Source: Promethearchaeota archaeon
Lineage (GTDB): Archaea > Asgardarchaeota > Thorarchaeia > Thorarchaeales > Thorarchaeaceae
Direction of reading: 5' to 3'
NCBI GenBank assembly: GCA_027031765.1
Contig: JALVPN010000052.1
Coordinates: forward strand, 1-17,429
Length of the DNA stretch: 17,429 nt
Shown: piece by piece, positions 1 through 7,559 of the stretch
Layout of the letters: every line of letters starts with the position of its first letter
Numbering within the stretch: the first letter of the stretch is position 1
Translations under genes and position numbers: made by a program
Notes under the pieces: model-generated
Told to the model about the DNA's origin: nothing
The model's database searches: none
The model's input: only the letters and a program-made list of their open reading frames with translations

Positions 1-2
1 CT

Positions 3-152
3 CTGGGACCCCTTGTCACAGGCCTCGCGCAGTGGGCAAAGGAGAAGGGCATCCAAGTCGTCCAGAACAAGGCCCTGGGGCTCTTGGCAGCGACGAAGGA
101 CCTGGAGGACATGGCAAAGAAAGCACTCGAGGCGAGGAAGAAGCTCATGTGA
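3..152 (+). CDS. 3' end of a CDS truncated by the window edge; product unknown
   Basis: Frame from position 3 reads LGPLVTGLAQWAKEKGIQVVQNKALGLLAATKDLEDMAKKALEARKKLM* (TGA 150-152) with GC3-rich codons like the other genes. Not in the ORF track. Confidence 0.7.
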   Translation: MGPLVTGLAQWAKEKGIQVVQNKALGLLAATKDLEDMAKKALEARKKLM

Positions 153-266
153 TATTGAGCGGCGGGCGCTGGCGCCCTGGCGACTCAACAACGACCATGC
201 CCCCACCGCCAGAGTCATAACGGGATGTGTGCGCACTGCACCCGACGCAAGGGAGATGTGAGGCGG

Positions 267-530
267 TTGATAACAGCGTTCGTCAGTATGTCAGTCACGC
301 CGGGCTCCGACGAGGACATTGTGAGGGAACTTGCAGACGACGAGATGGTGGTCGAGGCATGGCTCACCACCGGGGAGTATGACATCCTGCTCGTCCTCAA
401 GGGGGAGGACTCCTCTGAAATCAATGACTATGTCAACTCCCGCATACGAGAAGTGGAGGGCGTAATCCGCACGACCGTCACGTTTGCAATTGAGCCCATC
501 AAGTTCGTCCGCGACCCCAGCGCTCCATGA
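267..530 (+). CDS. Lrp/AsnC ligand-binding (RAM) domain protein, no HTH, ~87 aa
   Basis: MITAFVSMSV...EAWLTTGEYDILL...IREVEGVIRTTVT matches the AsnC C-terminal pattern (GxYD, I..I.GV..T.T). TTG start at 267 after GTGAGGCGG is inferred; the ORF track starts at 225. Confidence 0.85.
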   Translation: MITAFVSMSVTPGSDEDIVRELADDEMVVEAWLTTGEYDILLVLKGEDSSEINDYVNSRIREVEGVIRTTVTFAIEPIKFVRDPSAP

Positions 531-852
531 ACTCGCGCCACTCCTCCACGGGGAACCGATTCGTCATCTGCTGGTGCTCCTCTAGCACCGCCTCTTCGAG
601 GTCCACTCCAAAGTGCGATGCCAGCTGCAGGAAGAGCGAGAAGGCCTGTGCAAACTCCCGGGCCAGCCCGGACATGTCAGGGGCCTCGTGGCCGAGGCCG
701 ACGGCCTTGTAGCCCTCCTCGACGGTGATGTAACGCGATATCTCGCCCAGCTCCTCAACCAGGTGGGCAAACACCAGCGACGCCGGGAAGCGGTCCCAAC
801 AGCGCTCACGTATGAACGTATCAAAGGACTCTTGGATATCATGTAGGTGCAT
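499..852 (-). CDS. MazG-like nucleotide pyrophosphohydrolase
   Basis: Acidic MazG signature HLVEELGEI...REFAQ, followed by FGVDLEEAV. It starts 9 nt after the tRNA-binding gene stop, with GAGGGG in the gap. Confidence 0.8.
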   Translation of the reverse strand: MHLHDIQESFDTFIRERCWDRFPASLVFAHLVEELGEISRYITVEEGYKAVGLGHEAPDMSGLAREFAQAFSLFLQLASHFGVDLEEAVLEEHQQMTNRFPVEEWREFMERWGRGRT

Positions 853-861
853 CTCTACCCC

Positions 862-1557
862 TCAGTAACGCTTTGTAATATGCAGCACCTGGGCACGCGC
901 ATGGTCAAGGGCACTGGGTGGCGGGTCCGGAAGTAGGCCCAGTGGCACGTCCTGTGACAGACGTTCAGCACCCAAGAACATCGCCTCACTGACAACGCCC
1001 ATCATCTCGACGGGTGGCAACACCGCACAGGCAAGACGCTCGCCCTCGGCAATGCCGGGGATGTTTGTCACGACCCCCCAGACCCGCGTGCCGTCCGAAG
1101 ACCGACACTCTGTCAGGTTCTTGGCCCCCGGCACAGAGCGGGTCCCAGTGACCTCCACTGCAAGGATGTCCACTGCGAAGGCTGGGTCGTCAGGGCAGTC
1201 TCGGAGCCTCCGTGGAAAGCCCTCGACCGTACGGAGCGAGTACTCCACCTCCGCAAGTACGAGGCGCTCCTTCACTGTACCTGGTGAGTAGCCGCTCTTG
1301 GAGAGGGCCGACTCGAAGACCTCGCGGAACCTGCTCACAGCCTCTACAGTACGCCGAGTGGGCCCAGACTCCGCAAGGGCTGCTGCATCCATGTAACTGT
1401 ACTTTATCTCATAGAAGAGCGGGCCCGCAGTCTTGAGGCTCTCCCCGAGCTGACCGTAGTCAATATGGAAACGGAAGCGTCGTCCCGAAACAACCTCGTT
1501 CAGACGGTGTAGTGCGTCCTCGAGTACCAGCACTCTTGCGTCCTTTGCGGTGTCCAC
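862..1557 (-). CDS. Archaeal tRNA-binding protein (helical N-domain + Trbp/MetRS C-terminal-like OB fold), ~231 aa
   Basis: Starts (M)DTAKDARVLV with an EIKYSY motif. OB domain: VVTNIPGI..GERLACAVLPPVEMMGVVSEAMFLG. GTG start at 1557 preceded by GGTGA; the ORF-track extension to 1707 is judged spurious. Confidence 0.85.
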   Translation of the reverse strand: MDTAKDARVLVLEDALHRLNEVVSGRRFRFHIDYGQLGESLKTAGPLFYEIKYSYMDAAALAESGPTRRTVEAVSRFREVFESALSKSGYSPGTVKERLVLAEVEYSLRTVEGFPRRLRDCPDDPAFAVDILAVEVTGTRSVPGAKNLTECRSSDGTRVWGVVTNIPGIAEGERLACAVLPPVEMMGVVSEAMFLGAERLSQDVPLGLLPDPPPSALDHARAQVLHITKRY

Positions 1558-1591
1558 TGCCTTCACCGCCGGCGATATTGTGGTCACCCCT

Positions 1592-1598
1592 GATAAAG
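1592..1598 (-). promoter_or_regulatory. Putative TATA box for the tRNA-binding/MazG operon
   Basis: CTTTATC on the minus strand, ~35 nt upstream of the GTG at 1557, in a GC-rich background. Confidence 0.45.
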
Positions 1599-1762
1599 GC
1601 CTTGTCAGTGACGGGCCAGGCGGGGGTTGGCACCCATCGGCCAAACCCCACACAGACCGAGTGACGGAGACCCGCGTCTGTCCGCGGTAGCGAGACCACC
1701 AGGCCACTGCATGCTGATAGAAACGGGCCCGTCACAGAGGGGAGAACATCGTGGTTGAGAAC

Positions 1763-1778
1763 GAGAAGTGATATAAAG
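1763..1778 (+). promoter_or_regulatory. Putative BRE + TATA box for the longin-wHTH gene
   Basis: Purine-rich GAGAAG followed by ATATAAAG (1771-1778), ~46 nt upstream of the GTG at 1824. Confidence 0.6.
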
Positions 1779-1823
1779 CTACGAACAATATCGTCTTGTG
1801 ACCCGCAAGCGGAGAGGCTCACA

Positions 1824-2441
1824 GTGATCCAGGCAATATACATCCTGATAGCGGACAGCGGTCTTTGCGTCCTCGACCGCAAGTATGGCCAAGCCGAGAT
1901 GGACCCAAACTTGATAAGCGGGTTCCTGACGGCACTGATACAGTTTGGACGTGAGCTGAGCGATGGCAACCGTGTCCATGTCATAGACTTTGGGGCCTTT
2001 GACATCTGTCTGTTCCTCAAGGACAACATCATCGTAGCCGGGATTGTTGACAAGACCGATGATGGGAACGCGGCAATGGCAGTCCTCGCCGAGGTCAACA
2101 GCGCCTTTGTGAGCCAGTATGCAGACGTCCTGAGCCACTGGGACGGGAACCTTGAACCCTTCGACTCGTTCAAGGAGAGACTCGACGAGATTACAAAGAG
2201 CGGCAAGGCATCCGAGCTGAAGACTGTCGTCCCAATCCTCAAGGGCAAGGTCTCACCCATGCTGGTACGCCTCGGCCAGATGACCCAGGAGACCTACGAC
2301 GTTGCGAGGATGTGTCAGGGCAAGCTGACAGCGCGGGACATTGCCGACCAGCTCGGGATTGTCATGAAGGACGTCCAGAAGGCGCTGCATACACTTGAGG
2401 ACATGAAGATGATAGAGTGGCGTGAGATTGGCCAGGAGTAA
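1824..2441 (+). CDS. Longin-domain protein with C-terminal winged helix, ~205 aa
   Basis: (M)IQAIYILIADSGLCV...MDPNLISGFLTALIQFGREL...IIVAGIVDKTD...F...Y is the Asgard-type longin pattern. C-terminus CQGKLTARDIADQLGIVMKDVQKALHTLEDMKMIEW is a wHTH pattern. GGAGAGG precedes GTG 1824. Confidence 0.75.
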   Translation: MIQAIYILIADSGLCVLDRKYGQAEMDPNLISGFLTALIQFGRELSDGNRVHVIDFGAFDICLFLKDNIIVAGIVDKTDDGNAAMAVLAEVNSAFVSQYADVLSHWDGNLEPFDSFKERLDEITKSGKASELKTVVPILKGKVSPMLVRLGQMTQETYDVARMCQGKLTARDIADQLGIVMKDVQKALHTLEDMKMIEWREIGQE

Positions 2442-2478
2442 ACGGCTGCGCATGCGCACACGTATCCCGTCCACCCGT

Positions 2479-2756
2479 CCCGGTCCCACTAGCGCGGGGA
2501 GGGCTCACCACAGATGCGTGACGTACGGTGGAGTGGGCCCGGTCACACAGGTGGATACAGCACTGACATGCTCCCACTGTTGGAAACTATATGCCCGGAC
2601 ACCGTGCAGACGCTGCCCATGACCGGACACTGGAGCACGGTCATCGGAGGGCACCTCACAGACTGTTTCACTGCAGTCGGCGGACTATGTATATGACCGG
2701 TCATCAGTGACCATCACAATCATGGCCCACTGAGTGGTGTCCCCCCCACGTATATG
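2479..2756. repeat. Dispersed short imperfect repeats and a 12-bp palindrome in a convergent intergenic spacer
   Basis: ATGCCCGGACAC (2591), ATGACCGGACAC (2619), palindrome ATGACCGGTCAT (2693-2704), CCCGGTCAC (2538); TATATG at 2588, 2690 and 2751. Confidence 0.4.
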
Positions 2757-2819
2757 CTATCAGATGACAAGTGCCACAAGGACAACTGGGCTCGACCACG
2801 GGGAGCATGGATGTTGGGA

Positions 2820-3548
2820 CTACTTGATCTGGCTCCACTCGTTGCCCGTAGCAATCAGGATCAGGCCAATTACGATGAGGCCGGGTGCGAGCACGCCGGG
2901 GATGGTCGGTGACCCGCTGAACAGGAACGCCGAGAGAGCATCACGTGCCGAGTGGATTGCACGGCCAGTGAACAGGATGAGGAACCCGAGCCCCAACAGG
3001 AAGTTCGAACGCCGCAGGATGCCACCAGACTCGTACGCCAGATACCAGAACAGGATGGGTATGAACAGGGCGTAGCCGGCCCCAGCACCTCCAGAGAGAT
3101 AGAAGCGTACCAGTGGGTCAAGCGGCACCAGACCAAGTACCAGCCCGATTGCGATGGCTGGTGCAGCGAACAGTATCTCGGCCCAGCGCTTGCCGAATAT
3201 CATGAAGCCGGCGGTGGCCGAGAGCGTGGCCAAGGCCATCCACTGGAAGAAGGTACCCACGCGGAGGAAGAACTCCTGGTCCTGGAGCAGTGGCGTGAAT
3301 AGACTGCCGAGACCCCCATACAGCGACGTGCTGTCTGCGTAGAAGTCACCCACAAAGTAGAAGCAACGGCCAATGGCCAACAGCAGGAAGAACAGTGCCA
3401 TTGCCAGTTGGAACGGGTTCTTGTCCTTCCGCCACCTGAAGAGCAGCAGGAAGATGAACACGAAAAAGTAGTACCCTACAACGAGGAACCATAGCCCGAT
3501 GTGGACTTCTCGGATAGCCATGTCGACAGTCTGCATATGCTCAACCAT
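2820..3548 (-). CDS. Polytopic membrane protein, about seven TM helices, ~242 aa, no soluble output domain
   Basis: Seven hydrophobic segments from IGLWFLVVGYYFFVFIFLLLF to PGVLAPGLIVIGLILIATG. ATG at 3548 (alternative 3536). The ORF-track extension to 3920 overlaps the opposite-strand glpA remnant and is rejected. Confidence 0.8.
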   Translation of the reverse strand: MVEHMQTVDMAIREVHIGLWFLVVGYYFFVFIFLLLFRWRKDKNPFQLAMALFFLLLAIGRCFYFVGDFYADSTSLYGGLGSLFTPLLQDQEFFLRVGTFFQWMALATLSATAGFMIFGKRWAEILFAAPAIAIGLVLGLVPLDPLVRFYLSGGAGAGYALFIPILFWYLAYESGGILRRSNFLLGLGFLILFTGRAIHSARDALSAFLFSGSPTIPGVLAPGLIVIGLILIATGNEWSQIK

Positions 3549-3595
3549 CCGCCACTCAGTCGGTCTTGCAGATACGTAAGGAGGGTGTGCATCCC

Positions 3596-3606
3596 AATAA
3601 ATAAAG
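3596..3606. promoter_or_regulatory. AT-rich TATA-like element between the divergent 7TM gene and glp remnant
   Basis: AATAAATAAAG (minus strand CTTTATTTATT), ~48 nt upstream of the ATG at 3548. Confidence 0.5.
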
Positions 3607-3732
3607 CTATGCCGGCTGGCCAATGCCCCCCTCCACACCGTCCCAGCGGGTGGTGACGGTTGTGCGGAAAGGCTTCGTACCACAGTGGACAGGCCATGCC
3701 ATACGACATGAGAGAGGAGGCCTGCTGCGGCT

Positions 3733-3978
3733 GTGAGCAACACCGTGTTCGACGTCGTGGTCATAGGTGGCGGCAGCACCTGGACCGCCACGGCCCGTGA
3801 CTGCACCATGCGTGGTCTGCGGACACTCCTGCTGGGACGCGACCACGTAGCATCAGGGACTGTGGGGACATGCGCGGGCATGATATCCACCGGTCTGAAG
3901 TACATGGACGAGCCCGACATCGTAGACGTGTGTTCGAGCGAGGTCGTCTACTTCAACAGACTGTTAGGGACACCATAG
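3733..3978 (+). pseudogene. glpA: Truncated FAD-dependent glycerol-3-phosphate dehydrogenase (GlpA/GlpD-like) N-terminus
   Basis: FDVVVIGGGSTWTATARDCTMRGLRTLLLGRDHVASGTVGTCAGMISTGLKY resembles the GlpA start, but the last Gly of GxGxxG is Trp and the frame stops after 81 aa. Confidence 0.75.
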
Positions 3979-5097
3979 TGGGCACGGCCGAGTCGGCAAA
4001 GCATACGAGGATGTGTGCCGCATGCCCCAAGATTTACAGACACGTGTACCCGACATTCTTCGCGTGGCGGTCGGATGCTCAGACGCCACAAGGCCGGGCC
4101 CTGCTGTTGCACTACGAGGACACAGAAACAAGGGCACCAGACGACCGTGCTGTCGAAGTCCACTGCAGTGTCTGTAGCGCGGACACTGTAAGGTCATCTG
4201 CGCGACCGGCGTCTACATTGCCCCCACCGTCGAGGCGAGGAGGGCCGGACTGGTCAGCGTGGGACGGGCACCAGAGGGACTCAACCCCTTGCGAGGGCTG
4301 TGGCAGAGTCCCACAACCCGTTTGGGGAGCCGCACGCGTCACGCAACTCGTGGCTTGACCTGACACCAGGTGAGGGCAGGCATGTGGTCTACTCTACCGG
4401 CTGCACCGCTGCATACAGGGAGCGCGAGATGGCCGAGAAGACCGTCATGGTATTACAGCGGCCCGGGTTCCCAGTCACCGTGCTGGACGAGGAGTGGTGC
4501 TGTAGCACACCACTCTTCAGGACTGGACTGGTCGACACCGCGCTGCAACAGGCAGTACACAACGTCAGACTGCTCAACGAGTCCAGTGCCGAGGAGGTCA
4601 TCGTCACCCGCCCGGGCTGCTACAGGGCCCTGACCGAGACCACCAGCACCATGGGCCGACACTGGGACTCCCCGTACGCCACATAGCACAGGTGCTTGCC
4701 GACTCCTAGACCTGCTCCCGGCCGGCGTCCTGGACATCAGGACCACCTACCACGACCTGTACCACCTCGGGAGGAGGGGGGAAAAAGAGTATACGAGGAA
4801 CCCCGGAGTGTGACAGTTCACATCACCACCGGGCCACTGGTCGAGATGAAACGGTACCGGGAACAGGCGACCTGCTGTGGCAAGAGTGCGGGGCTCAGAC
4901 TACTCTTCCCGCAGCAGGCGCACAAAATCGGTGCTGAGGGGGTGCGTCACGCAGGACGCACGGGCGCCGAGATGCTTGTGACCGCCTGTCCGTTCTACAA
5001 GGAGGTGCTGGCTGGACAGGCAGGTCCTGGACTACAGGTGTTCGACCTACCAGGGCTAGTGGCCGAGGCACTAGAACAGGGAGACGCCGATAGGTGA
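3978..5097 (+). pseudogene. Frameshifted (Fe-S)-binding protein, GlpC/HdrD-like (two 4Fe-4S motifs + two CCG domains)
   Basis: Collinear fragments in different frames: CAACPKIYRHVYP; GHCKVICATGVYIAP; HNPFGEP...STGCTAAY...EEWCCS...VTRPGCY; VRHIAQVLAD; TYHDLYHLGR; VYEEPR...CCGKSAG...LVTACPFY. Several frameshifts and lost Cys ligands. Confidence 0.85.
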
Positions 5098-5137
5098 AAA
5101 CAAATTAGTGCAGGGACACCACCAGTGTACGAGACGG

Positions 5138-6253
5138 ATGGACGCCAAGGAGATACTTAGACTCAAAGTGCGCCTGTTGACAGAGGGCGCGGTGCTACCC
5201 GAGGGCGTGTGGGGCGGTCGGAAGGGTGGTGCCGGGCCGGTCGGCGCCAGGTACTTCCTGCTACCTAATGGGAGGGCGTGTGGCGTCCCTGTGAGGCGTG
5301 GCCGTGTGGCAGAGGCCTACGGCTCGGCGCCGCTGGATACCACAGAAGACCCGTCAGTGTGGCTCTACGACCACAAGGTGGAGCTGAGGCTCGTACCACG
5401 GCCCAAGTTCTACGAGCGCACGACCGATGATGGTGTCCCATACCACAAGATTGCACTCCTCCATGGCAGCAGCACCCTTGCGACTACAGTGTACCAGGCG
5501 TGTAGGTACTGGGACCGTGGCCTCCAGTGCAAGTTCTGTACTATCCCGTTCTCGTACCAGGGCGGTCACACCGTCCTCGAGAAGACACCCGGGCAGGTAG
5601 CGGAGGTGGTACAGGCTGCAGAAGAAGAGGGCGTGATCACTGACATCCTGCTGACCACTGGCACCCCTGACACTGTGGACATGGGCTGTGACAGGCTGCT
5701 CCGGGTCGTGAGGGGGATACGGGAAGTGTCGGACCGGCCAATTGGGGTCCAAGTGGAGCCACCTGCAGACCTGAAACTGATAGAGGAGCTGCATGCAGCG
5801 GGTGCAGATGCGATAGGCATGCACATCGAGGCTGCAGAGGAGGAGGTCAGGGCCTACATGTGCCCGGGCAAGTACGAGTACGCGGGCCTCGGAGTCTACG
5901 AGCGTGCGTGGCTCGCTGCGGTAGACCTCTTTGGTCGTGGGAACGTAAGTACCTTCATACTCCACGGCCTTGGAGAGAGCCCGGAGTCGGTCCTGGCCAT
6001 GGCCGACTGGGCTGCGGAACGGGGAGTGCTGCCTGTTGTGACCCCCGTACGGCCTGCACCGGGCAGCCAGCTCACAGACTACAGGCCGCCATACGTTGGT
6101 GCCCTTGATGATGTCGTCGACCTCTACCACCGCCTCGGCCAGATCCTCTATCGCTGGGGCTTGGAGCCCAAACGCACCATGGCCGGCTGTCACAGGTGCG
6201 GGGCATGCACGCCAGTCCAAGAGGCCTTCGACTCAGCAGCAGCGGCCCGCTAG
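5138..6253 (+). CDS. Radical SAM protein, MSMEG_0568-like, ~371 aa
   Basis: N-terminal RKGGAGP; non-canonical CX8CX2C (CRYWDRGLQCKFC, 5501-5539); LLTTGT; C-terminal GCHRCGAC (6188-6208). ATG at 5138. Confidence 0.8.
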   Translation: MDAKEILRLKVRLLTEGAVLPEGVWGGRKGGAGPVGARYFLLPNGRACGVPVRRGRVAEAYGSAPLDTTEDPSVWLYDHKVELRLVPRPKFYERTTDDGVPYHKIALLHGSSTLATTVYQACRYWDRGLQCKFCTIPFSYQGGHTVLEKTPGQVAEVVQAAEEEGVITDILLTTGTPDTVDMGCDRLLRVVRGIREVSDRPIGVQVEPPADLKLIEELHAAGADAIGMHIEAAEEEVRAYMCPGKYEYAGLGVYERAWLAAVDLFGRGNVSTFILHGLGESPESVLAMADWAAERGVLPVVTPVRPAPGSQLTDYRPPYVGALDDVVDLYHRLGQILYRWGLEPKRTMAGCHRCGACTPVQEAFDSAAAAR

Positions 6254-6494
6254 TCGACACTGGGCCCGTGCAGACATCGCACACAGAGGACAGCTGTAAG
6301 TGGGAGGGACGACGACGCAGCATATCAAGGCATACCAAGGGCCGTCGCAGTGGACAAGGCCGGGCCCCACCATGCCGTGACGACCGTCCGACCGGACGCG
6401 TTGCTTGTGACACCATCTATCGCCCAGACAGGACAGCCACCATAATGGGCGTTTCTGGAAAGGAGCGGGCCGGATGTGCGGGCCTAGAATGACT

Positions 6495-6505
6495 TAACAC
6501 TGTTA
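6495..6505. promoter_or_regulatory. Short inverted repeat (possible operator/TATA region) upstream of GNAT
   Basis: TAACA-C-TGTTA, an AT-rich patch ~52 nt before the ATG at 6558. Confidence 0.3.
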
Positions 6506-6557
6506 TGTGACTGCATACACTCTGGGACTGACCGACCAATAGCCCGCAACTGGAGGG

Positions 6558-7061
6558 ATGTCCATGGACACACCGGCCAAGAAGATGGAACCGGAAGAGA
6601 TCAAGATTGTCGAGTTCGGCGAGGAGGACGCCGAGGAGATATCCGAGCTGTTCCGCCAAGTCTGGCCCCTTGAGACCCAGTACCCGGAACACTGGCGGCA
6701 CGCCCGGATGTACCCACCAGAGAAAATCATCGAGGAAATGCGCGCCGGGTATCACTACTTCGGTGCTAGGCTGGGGGGCAGGATAGTCGGGGTCTACAAG
6801 GCCATCATTACAGAGAAGGGTTTGTACGGAGAACACCAGACTGTCCGACCAGAGTGCCGCGGCAGCGGTCTTGCCTCAGCCATGTACATCCAGTTTGCTG
6901 AGTACGGGCGACAGCACGGCTGCAAACGCAACTACTGCAACATCCTTGTCGGCAACAAGGTAGGTGAGAGGCTCATGCGTAAGTTCGGCTTCAGGCCCTG
7001 GGGAGACCCGTACTACCAGGCCGAGGGCATGCTCGTACAGATGTATGAGAGGCCACTGTGA
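6558..7061 (+). CDS. GNAT-family N-acetyltransferase
   Basis: Acetyl-CoA motif A (TVRPECRGSGLASAM) and motif B (N...ERLMRKFGF); GGAGGG precedes the ATG. Confidence 0.85.
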   Translation: MSMDTPAKKMEPEEIKIVEFGEEDAEEISELFRQVWPLETQYPEHWRHARMYPPEKIIEEMRAGYHYFGARLGGRIVGVYKAIITEKGLYGEHQTVRPECRGSGLASAMYIQFAEYGRQHGCKRNYCNILVGNKVGERLMRKFGFRPWGDPYYQAEGMLVQMYERPL

Positions 7062-7559
7062 ACAACTGCCCTACGTCGTGACCCCCGACCGATGGGCACT
7101 GTTGGTGACGGGACGCATGTGCTACCCAGGGCCCCAAGGTGCGGGCGACGGGATGTGAAACATGCAGGACATGTAGTGCACGACCACTCGTAGGGCCACC
7201 GCACTGTCCGCATAGGACGCTACCGGTCGAGTAGTTACCGTAGCCCGCGAACAGATACCAAAAGACACGGGTCAGAGACTGTACTCGTAACGCCATGGGC
7301 AGCAGGCACGTACGGCCATCGGGACACACTGGTGGGAAAGGGATAAAGGATTGGATGATGTGGGTGAGGTCTCCAAGAACATGGGTGTCTGCAGTGCGAG
7401 TGGTACCTACATGGGGCCATATCGTGAGACTGGCCTTCTGGTACAGCGAGGCCGCAAGAAGACTGGTGAGGCCTGGCTAGGACAGGAGTGCAGTTGCAGA
7501 CACAGGTGGCACCACCAGAGTGGAGTGGGCCCGTAGACCCCGGAGGTGTGGTCAGTAGG

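Noticed and set aside
3-152. Faint resemblance of the truncated C-terminus to class II aldolase-like tails
   Set aside because: Only 49 residues are visible and no diagnostic His motif is present.
1558-1707. N-terminal extension of the 862..1707 ORF; likewise the extensions at 3549-3920, 12814-13023 and 15318-15710
   Set aside because: Non-protein-like composition, overlap with promoters or opposite-strand genes, and better RBS-linked starts downstream.
1460-2260. Long antisense or alternative-frame ORFs (e.g. 1460..2260, 5354..6220, 8153..8761, 9852..10580, 10704..11216, 12101..12652)
   Set aside because: Shadow ORFs of real genes in GC-rich DNA, with no motifs.
2820-3548. Microbial rhodopsin or GPCR call for the 7TM protein
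   Set aside because: No retinal-binding Lys motif in helix 7 and no GPCR signature; a TM count alone is insufficient.
3976-4686. Pyrrolysine or selenocysteine readthrough at TAG 3976 or TAG 4684
   Set aside because: Homology continues in other frames, not past the stops, so frameshift decay explains the breaks.
6254-6557. tRNA or mobile-element remnant in this intergenic gap
   Set aside because: No cloverleaf or T-loop consensus, terminal inverted repeats or transposase fragments were seen.
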